Shown here piece after piece: positions 35,501-43,536 of a DNA stretch of 63,548 nucleotides. The notes under the pieces were generated by a model, which did no database searches, was not told where the DNA came from, and worked only from the letters and a program-made list of their open reading frames with translations. Origin of the DNA: a virus (lineage: Duplodnaviria > Caudoviricetes). The stretch covers positions 1-63,548 of the IMG/VR virus record IMGVR_UViG_3300046167_000466. One strand, given 5' to 3'. Both the position numbers and the translations under genes were made by a program. Position 1 is the first letter of the stretch. The number at the start of each line of letters is the position of its first letter.

Positions 35501-38386
35501 TAAAATAACCTCTTCGTAAATAATTTGATCACCATTTAGCTCAAATGAAGCATTTGATGTTCCGTAGTTATCTAAAAATTTCTTTTTCGCTGCGTCATTA
35601 TCTTTAAAAGCTTGATCCGCATAAGCCAAAGCCTCTGCCTTGTCTTTAATTAATACACTGTTTATACCTGGATTATTCTCAGCTATATATTTATAAGTAT
35701 TATAAGTTCTAGCATTAACTTCTGCCTCAACTGGGTTTGCTGTATTTTTAGCAAACTTCTCGATATTAGTTTCACCTCTGCTAAGCATTTTTTGATTAGC
35801 GTTGAACAACTCTTGGGCTTTAGAGCTTAGTCTATCAAATTCTTTTTTATTTAAATCTGTAACATCTAAGTCTTGCGCTTCAAGTTTTAACCTACGTATT
35901 TCAGCGTGGTTTTCAAATACAGTTTCAATTTCACTGCCAGTAAGATCTTTAAGATTAAGCATTACATCAGTGTTCTCTATACCCGCCTGAGTAATAAGAC
36001 GATCTCTTTCAAATCTCAATGCTCTAGCTTCAGCAGTTCGCCCGTCTAAGTTTTCTAACTCCGCTTGAATACCAAACAATTCATCTCTAATCTCTGCTTC
36101 TCTGCGGCTTTGTTTTCTAGTTTTAACAGCCCCCGCAACTTGACTATATATGTTTTGGCTAACACTAGGTCCAGATATAGCTAAAGATGTTACCATGGTG
36201 TTCCTAAAGAATTCACCATCTAATCCTTCTATAAGACTTTTGGGGTTGTTGGGCTGGAATATAACATTGTCAGATGCGTTTTGGCCTATAAGAGTCATGC
36301 TCTCTTCTAGCATTTCTATACCTGCTCCAATACCTGTTGCATTAAGCAAACCTACATTTTTAGCAACCCTTGAGCCTACCGCGTCTCCAAATAGTTTTCT
36401 AAATTGATTACCGCCAACAGATTTTGAATACTTTTGAAAATTACTTATAAAGCCTAATGTACCTATTCTTTCTGCTCCAGCCGCAATACCACCATATATT
36501 ACACTATTAAGGCCTTTTTGGAACATACCCAAACTTAACAGATCCTCTTGGTCTTGTATTTGACTTTTAATTTTATTCATATCAGCCACCGCAGCGCCAG
36601 ATTCTTGCATTGCCTTAAGCTCTTCTTTCAGCCCGGCAATTACTTTAGGTGCGTTACGCTGTCCAATTTCTAAATTAGATAATTGCCCACCCGCTTCCAT
36701 AGTAAAAAATGTACCTGTAGCATATCTTGAAGCTGTTTTTACAGCTGCTGCTCTTACAGCCGCGCCACCTCCTGCAGCGGCTACACTACCATATCCCGCT
36801 GTGGCTAAAGCAACTGCTATAGAGGGTGAATTATTAACAAGCATATCGCCAGCATACTGCCAAGCAGTGCTATCATCATCCATTGTTAAATTGCCTGGCA
36901 AATATTTTTCGCTATACTCTTGTAGCTTTTGATTGTAGTCTATTGCTGCGTTGTAAGTTTCTTCATCACCAAACACTCTTGCGATACCACCAACTAACAT
37001 TTTAGCACTACCCACAAACGCGCTATCCCAAACATTGGCCAGCTTATCCATAGTTTTATATGACTTAAGCAAAGCTGCATCACTTATTCCAGCAACTCCG
37101 GCTTGTTCAATTTCATTTGTCAATGCTGTAGACTCCGTGTTTAGTACAACTATTTGAGCATTTATTTTATCTAAAAGATCATTTTCTTGCTTAATTAAAT
37201 TATTTCTTATAGCTAGCTGATCAGGGGCATTGTAATTAACCGTAGAGTACTTTTGCATTTCCGCTTGTAAAGCTTCAAGTGATTTAATGTCACCTTCTAC
37301 ATTAACTTTATCTTTTTCAAAACTTTCTAGTCTGCGACCAATCTCTATTTGATTTTGTTTTTCAACTTCATCTAGTGTTAATTCTAAATTAGGAATAGGA
37401 TCATATGTTACGCCGTCAATAGTTTGTTTTTCAACTAAACTTTTACCTGTAATTTTAAAGTATGCAGCCTGATCTTTTTGTGCTTGCTCAACAGCGTTAG
37501 CGTAAGCTTCTTGTTTCTTTTTTTGCACAGCTTCAGATCCAGTATAAAACTCTGCTAAAGTTTTAGCGTCATCGTCAACACCTCTTAATGGTATTTCCGA
37601 AGCAGATTTTTGCGCTTCATATACAACTTGCGCTTGAGTGTCAGCACTTGCGTCGTCTAATGTAGCGAAGTTAGCTATATTATCTTTATTTAGAGTCATA
37701 CCAAACTCCTCAGCACTGCTTTGTAGTTCTTTGTACCTATCGTATTTATTACCTAACTGCTCCTTAAGGTAATCCTCGTATTGTTCATCTGACTTAAACC
37801 TAGGCATAGACGATGCCCATCCCCCCATGCCAGCATACCCATATCTATGGTCCCTAGACTTAAGCTCACCTAACTTAAAAGTCTTTGCTAATATATTATT
37901 TTTTTCTGTTTCAGCTGTTATACCGAGTACTAACTCTTGATTATCTTTTGCTATTTTTTTAGCTTCAGCTTCTAGCTCCGGATCTATATTTGTAATTAAA
38001 CCTTGCGCCGCATCAACTTTTTTCTGCATTTTTGCATCATAAGCTATAGCGCCTGGGGATCCCTCTCTGTAATATTCTCTACGTATAGATTCAGCGCTTC
38101 TACCTTTTTCACGCTCTTGTCTATAATAACCTTGGTCACCTTTTTGTAATTCCGAAGAAGTATCTTCCGATGGCAACTCCGTAGCTTCGGGTTGAACACC
38201 CGTAATTATGGATGCTCGACTTGGCATTGCTGGAGTTGCAGGCGCATCCGTCCCCGCAGCTCCGTCTTGAAAATCCTCTTCTACAAGCGTTGATCCCGGA
38301 AAATCTTTAAGAAAATTATCCAGTTGTTCTTGCGAGTAATCATCAGTGTTGACAATTCCTCCATTAATCAATTTATAATCTGGCAT
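29564..38386 (-). CDS. Giant internal virion (ejection/polyvalent) protein, 2940 aa
   Basis: Located after tail genes; Gly/Ala hydrophobic segments; HEIGH zincin motif; sigma-2-like segment; HAD motifs DFDDTL/LTAR/FVDD. Confidence 0.8.
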   Translation of the reverse strand: MPDYKLINGGIVNTDDYSQEQLDNFLKDFPGSTLVEEDFQDGAAGTDAPATPAMPSRASIITGVQPEATELPSEDTSSELQKGDQGYYRQEREKGRSAESIRREYYREGSPGAIAYDAKMQKKVDAAQGLITNIDPELEAEAKKIAKDNQELVLGITAETEKNNILAKTFKLGELKSRDHRYGYAGMGGWASSMPRFKSDEQYEDYLKEQLGNKYDRYKELQSSAEEFGMTLNKDNIANFATLDDASADTQAQVVYEAQKSASEIPLRGVDDDAKTLAEFYTGSEAVQKKKQEAYANAVEQAQKDQAAYFKITGKSLVEKQTIDGVTYDPIPNLELTLDEVEKQNQIEIGRRLESFEKDKVNVEGDIKSLEALQAEMQKYSTVNYNAPDQLAIRNNLIKQENDLLDKINAQIVVLNTESTALTNEIEQAGVAGISDAALLKSYKTMDKLANVWDSAFVGSAKMLVGGIARVFGDEETYNAAIDYNQKLQEYSEKYLPGNLTMDDDSTAWQYAGDMLVNNSPSIAVALATAGYGSVAAAGGGAAVRAAAVKTASRYATGTFFTMEAGGQLSNLEIGQRNAPKVIAGLKEELKAMQESGAAVADMNKIKSQIQDQEDLLSLGMFQKGLNSVIYGGIAAGAERIGTLGFISNFQKYSKSVGGNQFRKLFGDAVGSRVAKNVGLLNATGIGAGIEMLEESMTLIGQNASDNVIFQPNNPKSLIEGLDGEFFRNTMVTSLAISGPSVSQNIYSQVAGAVKTRKQSRREAEIRDELFGIQAELENLDGRTAEARALRFERDRLITQAGIENTDVMLNLKDLTGSEIETVFENHAEIRRLKLEAQDLDVTDLNKKEFDRLSSKAQELFNANQKMLSRGETNIEKFAKNTANPVEAEVNARTYNTYKYIAENNPGINSVLIKDKAEALAYADQAFKDNDAAKKKFLDNYGTSNASFELNGDQIIYEEVILNQMSQGGINAKIAAVSPLHEIGHQQAVAAGLIKNDKLAVDSANDIVQNILQDVQSRFEQGKITQEEMNVFNERMAYYTKEGKGKYTETNGVDADELIQLIGDFTAIGILPRSSYGNLFGAKTFINNLLQKFNGDMAPLFKINSASDVYAFVANFQNKAAGFSIKKGIAGSGITKQQISSAAAKSNARVNLITKEQLSGPRAQALLFEEITNMVAAQIAGRYTLPPQALQDFTAEVVGRIYLAKENTGWDGRGQLSGYLGGRISFRIADVVRAEYKLQPTERQFLGTVDNLQPEDQKDLIAPEQAPVTQEKPKYRNLTQTRILPAEQAKAVEQKIISIARVLKSRLDAPLGPNASVTPIINELKRELGKAIDIEFKKMLGKKKGDELKKNVLRYKKAILENMTTTWLMQAMPFTIQKSVGGTYKVDNEGKRVKDSNGDFIFIPKYTSDWQGKTIDRAKTSTKQQGKTSGPEIVRRLPNAANKITDEQFLSYMFKDGDVIRGRKESLSKALAEEYGFDVINDALKDPDSPISQAFENNQEMLGMAIADNFVEEVAKQSERGLVKRSAIVNTQTIFRDALALEIDGDLDGSLALLEVLSAEDRAAYENITANIKVDTARYKQSIKKWKDAPENVQPFIDQYFENNSARDNKQAMKEYYQFSTAMIDALPNALVKALGADFFGAHYRYLNPKEAKSLGAKIRAKIEALPDTGEDIGFNPEDMRLIQAGSGIVATITKDILNKEFQTAQDKVDAFIDKYGEEVDALNVANKKAIEKVISTAFDIAVAKPQQAVGFLRMLESTTNIGKSLRSLTGISDIQMTAASQAVYINTQNGKGYSNTLTASQVSKVESGEIVLNENHPNYKEAKKFIADGSKQTLAQLLRIKGEHATPSSNFNVAVAKEYLTMLGIALQNPGGVQQVKDALIAKINELTTEFNQQLNTKVLSDLQDAKLGSTSDIGDLRLLAIPLESQNAFYDIKGLQTIGRVQTLLNTMFSAKNVAERAKIATEQKAINNARKQSYAANPKGISVYDFDDTLAFSKSEVIVKMPPNKEILDIAARRLFANEFKDLPGFLRKFDNLTKEEQAKVLKDVPRTTKKITPAEFAKQGDQLAKSGAEFDFSEFSKVVKGTPGPLAPRLKKAIQKFGNKNIFVLTARPAESANAIHGFLKGIGLEIPLENITGLANGAPAAKAAWMVGKVSEGYNDFYFVDDHMGNVKAVKDVLNTFDVKGKVQQARVKRSAALGKDLNDMIERNKGIASEAVYSKIRARKEGAKKGRFKVFLPYGAEDFRGLTSYTLAGKGKQGEADQKFFEDNLVAPYMRGIAAMEKARRALKNDFATLLKALPGMKKRLGKQIGDTDYTVDQAVRVYLWTQQGQEVPGISKRDQKKLNSLIAKDPMLTSFAQGLQTISKQDQWPAPSEHWIAGSVLKDINEINEVLTRGEYLQEFNDNVDIIFDENNLTKLEAAYGTRYVNALKNSIARMKSGRNRPAQPGAYEQQWLNWVNNSVGTIMFFNRRSAAMQMLSFANFVNWGDNNPLKAGIAFANQPAYWSAWSKIFNSDKLKERRGGLKSDVQEQEIANQAKNSKDKASAVVAYLLKIGFTPTQIADSFAIATGGATFLINRTKTYKKQGLSQAEAEAKAFEDFSAISDETQQSGDPMLVSAQQSSHLGRLVLAFQNTPMQYTRLMKKAGQDLINGRGDAKTNISKIAYYGFIQNLIFSALQNSLFALIPGFDDEEEDDEQYEKIINTKTERIVNSMVDTILRGSGLTGAVVSTLKNTINRYYKEEKKGYNADHAYTLLELANVSPPIGSKMRKVYGAIQTKKFDKDVMEAQGWDVTLDGRFNISPNYEILASLSSAGLNLPLDRALAEIDGIAEALDARNTSYQRLALGLGWRTWDVKARKEEEEWVKLVGKANRKAEGKKKAAETRKRKQQQKLDELALMSPEEKQAYMAEEKRRRSEAARKASATRAENKRKKQEILMQQ

Positions 38387-38400
38387 AGTATTTTATTATA

Positions 38401-39648
38401 TTATTTTTTATTCTTTTGCTCTATCTTATAGTCATACATCTCTTTACTAAGATTTGGATATTGGCCTATAAGATCGTCATATAGCTTTTCGTCTGTAACC
38501 CATTCTGGATATTCATTAGGAACAGTGGTAGTAGTGGTTGTAGTAGTCTTTTTAGGGCTTCTTCTTAAATCTGTTAGCTCATTAGAATCCCCTTCATATA
38601 TGTTACCTCTTTGATCAACAAATCTTACGGATCCATCAGTGCCATCTTGTCTATCATAAACTTTACCGTCGGGACCCTTAAATCGCATCCTATCGCTATA
38701 AGCTAATCTAAAGTTGTATTGCCTACTGCCTTTTTTCTTACTTTCCTTTCTGGAGTGACTATCATTAGCCACTTTTTCAAAGCCATTCATTAATGAATTA
38801 ATAACACCTTCCTGCAAACTAGCTACGTCATTAAACTGAGTATAATCAATGTTAAGCATTCCTGGAGACAATAACTTATCTACCGCGATAGATTGTAGTA
38901 TCTCGGGATTACCGTCAAATGCACTTAATAGCTGGAGTCTTAAAGAATCTTTCTGGTTTTGAGTTAGCTTTTCGCCAGTGCTATTAACAGTCTCTGTCAT
39001 TTTCATAATAGCATTTGCAGTGTCATATGCTTTTATAGCAGGGTTTCTAAAATCAGAATAGTTTACTTCCCCACCTTCTGTTCTAAACATTAAATTTCCA
39101 CCTTTAATATTAAAATCAGCATCTCTGCCATATACGTCGGTAGCGGTGTTTATTTTAGCAGTGTCAGCGTCGGATAATCTATTTTTAAATCCATCTTCTA
39201 AAAATTCCGCCTGTGATGTTTTGTATGCTTTTAAGTTATTTGATAAAGATGCAATTTCGTTGTTTACATTTTGCATAATATCGGCATAGTCCATGTATTC
39301 TCTATCTGTAGGACTATACTGTGCAATAGCATTAGCCGCATCTACATATTCTTGCCTTTTATCTAGTAAAAAGTTTTTTACTATTTTTTGTTGAGCAGGT
39401 GATACTCCAGTTAAATCTACGTTAGTGTCTAACTGGCTTAGCATTTTACCTACCTTTTGGTTTGTACTTGCTATTTCAGCTTCTTTTTGAGCCTTAGCTT
39501 CTTGACGCTTAGCCTCCTGAGCTTGGTAAACTTTAGTAGCTATGTCAAGGCCTCCTCCAACAGCTTCAGCTACGTCAAAGAATCCCCCTTGTTCGTTGCC
39601 TCCTGTGATAGCGAATCTTTCTCCTTGTATTAAATTTTTGTTTGCCAT
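38401..39648 (-). CDS. Probable internal virion protein
   Basis: 415 aa, helical, lies between pilot-like and giant proteins. Confidence 0.6.
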   Translation of the reverse strand: MANKNLIQGERFAITGGNEQGGFFDVAEAVGGGLDIATKVYQAQEAKRQEAKAQKEAEIASTNQKVGKMLSQLDTNVDLTGVSPAQQKIVKNFLLDKRQEYVDAANAIAQYSPTDREYMDYADIMQNVNNEIASLSNNLKAYKTSQAEFLEDGFKNRLSDADTAKINTATDVYGRDADFNIKGGNLMFRTEGGEVNYSDFRNPAIKAYDTANAIMKMTETVNSTGEKLTQNQKDSLRLQLLSAFDGNPEILQSIAVDKLLSPGMLNIDYTQFNDVASLQEGVINSLMNGFEKVANDSHSRKESKKKGSRQYNFRLAYSDRMRFKGPDGKVYDRQDGTDGSVRFVDQRGNIYEGDSNELTDLRRSPKKTTTTTTTTVPNEYPEWVTDEKLYDDLIGQYPNLSKEMYDYKIEQKNKK

Positions 39649-39659
39649 ATTGTTAATAT

Positions 39660-40310
39660 TTAAGCACCTCCGCCAAGCATGTTAGCCATAAAACCTTTAC
39701 CTTTGCTTGCTAGCGCTTTTGCTCCTGGCAATTGAGGTATAACTGAGCCGGCTAAACCAGTAACTCCACCTATAATAGATTTTGTAGCCGCGTCTTTAGC
39801 AGCTTGTGCAGCTCCTAATCTTTGCTGAGACATACCAAATAAAGTTTCTGTTTTTTCTTTTTCTTGCGCTCTAGATATGAGTTCTCCTTGTCTTTCTTGA
39901 GATTGCAATTGACCCGCCATTTGTCTTTCTGCCATTTGGTTAGAAGCCTCTTGCTGACCTATGCTTGCTGATGCCGCTGCTAAATTCTTAGACTGTTGTC
40001 CAACTAGCGATTGCGCTAATGCAGCAATACCGGATCCTCCCGCTGCTCCTTGCAAGCCTCCCATTGCGTTTGCCGCTGCTTGCTGTTGTTGTTCTGCTAA
40101 AAAATCAGCTTGTTGAGTATTAACGGTTAGATCTTCCATGGTATTCTCCATGTTTTCATAAGGGTTTGATGTATCTAGCCCCATCAACCGTTGTTTATTT
40201 CTCGCGTACTCTGCTTTTGCTTCGCGTAATTCTCTTCTTCTTTTTCCTGCACCTATGAGTCCGCCAGCAATTCCAGCAACTCCTTTAATGGCGCCCATCA
40301 ATGGTAACAT
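39660..40310 (-). CDS. Probable DNA pilot/ejection protein
   Basis: Gly/Ala-rich hydrophobic ends and Gln-rich coiled coil. Confidence 0.65.
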   Translation of the reverse strand: MLPLMGAIKGVAGIAGGLIGAGKRRRELREAKAEYARNKQRLMGLDTSNPYENMENTMEDLTVNTQQADFLAEQQQQAAANAMGGLQGAAGGSGIAALAQSLVGQQSKNLAAASASIGQQEASNQMAERQMAGQLQSQERQGELISRAQEKEKTETLFGMSQQRLGAAQAAKDAATKSIIGGVTGLAGSVIPQLPGAKALASKGKGFMANMLGGGA

Positions 40311-40335
40311 ATTCTTAAGTTTTTATAGTTTTATT

Positions 40336-40360
40336 ATTACGTATTATTTACTGCTCTCAA
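40336..40360 (-). promoter_or_regulatory. Putative late promoter TTGA-N15-CGTAAT
   Basis: Precedes the internal-protein genes. Confidence 0.55.
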
Positions 40361-40682
40361 ATGTCTCTGAAGCTAAAGAAAAAAGTTCTATTTTCTTTTT
40401 ACTGTCATTAATCATTCCGACTTCAGCATAATATCCTTTTAAAGCGCTAGTATTTGCTTTATTTGTTTTAGAAAAAAGTATAAAGCTTGTTAGCGTTGGT
40501 CGTATTGTTGCACCGTCTATATTTGCTACAATTTGGTTTAAACCTTGGTTAATATTTGTTATAACCCCTATTTCTACAATATCATCACCGTTTATATCAT
40601 TTGTATAATATACGGTATCTCCAACCTGAACAGATGTGTTTAACGGTTGCGGGAAAGTTAATGTTATTTGTTGTATTGCCAT
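40344..40682 (-). CDS. Tail-associated protein
   Basis: 112 aa; LNTSVQVGD and LKGYYAEV...ELFS. Confidence 0.6.
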   Translation of the reverse strand: MAIQQITLTFPQPLNTSVQVGDTVYYTNDINGDDIVEIGVITNINQGLNQIVANIDGATIRPTLTSFILFSKTNKANTSALKGYYAEVGMINDSKKKIELFSLASETFESSK

Positions 40683-40685
40683 ATT

Positions 40686-42269
40686 TTAAGGTATTGTTGG
40701 TTGCCAAGGTACACTACATTCTGAATCTGGCTGAATTGTAATAACTCCATCACCTGCTGTTACGCTTGGAGCCGGCGTTGTCCTAGCGCATACACCTATA
40801 GAATCACCAGCGGTAACCGTATTAGTCTGTAATGAACCATCGCTGCATTGAGCATATTCATAAGTTGTGTCTGCTGTAGCTGCTGAGGCATCAAATTCAA
40901 AAGTTGTACAAGATGGAACTTCACCTATATATAAATCTATGTTTGCATTACTTGTAAATCCAGCTGAGCCGTAAGTATCAAACTCTACAGTTAGAGTTAT
41001 AGTTACATCACTAGTTGTAGGTGTACTAAGTGGGGTAATTTGTACATTTGTTATTTCAAATTCTGTTCCATTAGGTTCAGTGCCATTTTGGTAACTCCAA
41101 GTCCCCGTAGGTATTTGCACTACCTCGATCGCATTACCAGCTGAAGGTGAAACAACTAAGTCTATATAGTTTATTTCCGGACTTGCAGGAGTGGTATTAG
41201 GCGTGAATATTCTAGGGCTGCTTGTTACAGTTGTGGAGCCATATGTTATACTAAATAAAGCTTCTGGTAAATCCGCTGACCCATTTTGTGATATTGTAAA
41301 TGGATTGTCTTGACCGGAACCTAAATTAATTATAGAACCGTTATAGTCTGTTAAACGTATTGTCCATGTAGTATTGTTAGTCGCTGACGGAAACACGATG
41401 TTCGTGCTGTATGATTGAGCTGCTGGCATTGGGAGATCTTCAACTAAGTATGTCCACGAAGCTCCGTTGTCATCAGATATTTCAACAGAAGACATATAGT
41501 TTTCCGCACCGTACACATAAAGTTCTCTTTGTGCTCCCTGTGGGGAGATTGCAGATTCATTTATTAAGTAACTAGTTATACCCTGCGGCTGACTAACAGA
41601 TGGTATTGCTATATTTGCAAATATGTTAAAAGTATCATAATTTGGAGAAGTTAAATTATATCTGCCATTTGGTTGAAAATTGTACAAAGCTGTATACGTA
41701 ACACTTTTTAATTCACTTGTATTAACAGGATCGTAAGTTTCAGCAGTGGATATAGTGTATGGTGTTTCATCTGTTTGCGCTGACGAAAGTATACTTGGAA
41801 CCGAAGGAAAGTAATATCCATTCTTAGCAGCCGCTATAACTTGCCACGCTTGCAGGTTGTCATTTTCAAATGCTGTTAAAGTATAATTGTAGTTTGTAGT
41901 GCCGGTCGGATCTGTGTTAGCATCACCTACTATATTAACCTCTCCATTTAATGTAAAAGATATTTCCCTGGCTACGCCTTTCAAGCATACACCTATACTT
42001 ATTGGCCCACCCGGAATAGGCATGCTAGCAGTGTTAGTAAATCTAAATTCAAATATAACATTATTGTTATCTTGTGTAAATGTAGGTGGATTAACCGTGT
42101 TGTCTATGTATGAAGGCGGCGTACCATTTAAAGAAAAATCAGCAGCTAATAAAGTATAGCCTTGCACAGGCGATATAGTTATACTGCCAACCGGTAAAGC
42201 GTCTTTAAATAGTTCTCCTTCTTCAACCTGAAAGGTAACTTGTGAAAATGTTACGTTATCTATTGCCAT
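40686..42269 (-). CDS. Beta-rich tail/structural protein
   Basis: 527 aa, T/S/P-rich, Cys-containing C-terminal module. Confidence 0.6.
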   Translation of the reverse strand: MAIDNVTFSQVTFQVEEGELFKDALPVGSITISPVQGYTLLAADFSLNGTPPSYIDNTVNPPTFTQDNNNVIFEFRFTNTASMPIPGGPISIGVCLKGVAREISFTLNGEVNIVGDANTDPTGTTNYNYTLTAFENDNLQAWQVIAAAKNGYYFPSVPSILSSAQTDETPYTISTAETYDPVNTSELKSVTYTALYNFQPNGRYNLTSPNYDTFNIFANIAIPSVSQPQGITSYLINESAISPQGAQRELYVYGAENYMSSVEISDDNGASWTYLVEDLPMPAAQSYSTNIVFPSATNNTTWTIRLTDYNGSIINLGSGQDNPFTISQNGSADLPEALFSITYGSTTVTSSPRIFTPNTTPASPEINYIDLVVSPSAGNAIEVVQIPTGTWSYQNGTEPNGTEFEITNVQITPLSTPTTSDVTITLTVEFDTYGSAGFTSNANIDLYIGEVPSCTTFEFDASAATADTTYEYAQCSDGSLQTNTVTAGDSIGVCARTTPAPSVTAGDGVITIQPDSECSVPWQPTIP

Positions 42270-42279
42270 ATTAATTTTT

Positions 42280-43533
42280 TTATCCTGAATAAGGATCTAT
42301 ACTAAATCCTGCATTTATTAGTGCATCTATAACTAATTCAGTGTAATACCCGTTTGTGGTGTTCCCATCGTCAACTAAGTCGTAACCAAACATAGCGCCA
42401 GCGTTAACTGTATTACCTAAAGACACTTCGCTTGTATAATTAACCAAATTGTTGTTCTGCTGTTCAAACGCACTATTGGTACTGTTGTTGAATGCATCGT
42501 AGAATGTTTGCATTACACCTCTACCATCTCCAGTAGTATTTGGCTCCACTGCAAAATATATACCTCTATACGTTACACCACTGTTGTCTATTACAGCTTT
42601 TAATGCACTCAGGTTGCTCATGGAAGTTGCATTTGGTATTGAATTAGATGGGGAGTACGCGTCATATGGTATAGAGGAATTACTGGCTTCATCTAAAAAT
42701 GACATTACTGTTACAGTATCCGCATTAGGGAATGTTGTGCTAAAAGCAATGCCTTGGTTGTTTAATTGCCTAAAAGGCCTCTCTGTACCGTCATTAACTA
42801 TAAATACCTTTGCGTCATACTCGTCCGATCCATTTGTAGATGTGTCCGTATTTCCGTTGGCTTCCGTACCTGCTGTTGCGTAAAAATCCTGTAAATATGA
42901 TTTTAAGCATGTAGCATCACTATACGGATCCGTAACACCATCACCTAAAAGATCTCTTTCAAGCCTAGCCTGAGTTGTAGCCATTGAACCTGAGCTGTCA
43001 AATATTATTTTAAAGTAAGAGTCTACTGTTGGGACTATACCGCCTATGGTTATTTCTTGCTCATCATATAAACCTGGGGATCCAGCGTCGGTCACTTGTA
43101 TCTTAAATGTAACATTCCCAGCTTGCACCCCGGTTCCATCGTCTTGTATTGTAGCTGTTCCTGTAAAGCCAGCACCGGTCGTTGATAATGTAATCCACGA
43201 AGGAGCATTAATTAAAGACCAAGTAAGCTCATCTTGCTGGTGATCCGGGTCGGTTGCTTCTATCGGTGAGTATGAATAAGAATCACCTACATTAAATGTA
43301 CCTGTTGGCGGCAAAGTGGTAATGTTAGGCGCGTCATTTACTTCTGTCACCTGAACAGTAACTGTGGCTATATTGCTGTCAAAATAACCGTTATTTACAG
43401 AATAAGTAAAGTAACCTGCGTACCCGCTAAAATCTGGATCCGGCACAAAGCTAACAACCCCTGTGTTTATATTAAACGATGTTAACGTACCATTAGTTGT
43501 TCTGTCGTCTATTAGTTTATAAGTTAGTGCCAT
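42280..43533 (-). CDS. Tail protein with Ig/cadherin-like domains and a vWA-like domain
   Basis: FTYSVNNG...VNDAP, ATDPD...LTWSL..APSW; IIFDSSGSM (MIDAS DxSxS). Confidence 0.7.
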   Translation of the reverse strand: MALTYKLIDDRTTNGTLTSFNINTGVVSFVPDPDFSGYAGYFTYSVNNGYFDSNIATVTVQVTEVNDAPNITTLPPTGTFNVGDSYSYSPIEATDPDHQQDELTWSLINAPSWITLSTTGAGFTGTATIQDDGTGVQAGNVTFKIQVTDAGSPGLYDEQEITIGGIVPTVDSYFKIIFDSSGSMATTQARLERDLLGDGVTDPYSDATCLKSYLQDFYATAGTEANGNTDTSTNGSDEYDAKVFIVNDGTERPFRQLNNQGIAFSTTFPNADTVTVMSFLDEASNSSIPYDAYSPSNSIPNATSMSNLSALKAVIDNSGVTYRGIYFAVEPNTTGDGRGVMQTFYDAFNNSTNSAFEQQNNNLVNYTSEVSLGNTVNAGAMFGYDLVDDGNTTNGYYTELVIDALINAGFSIDPYSG

Positions 43534-43536
43534 ATC

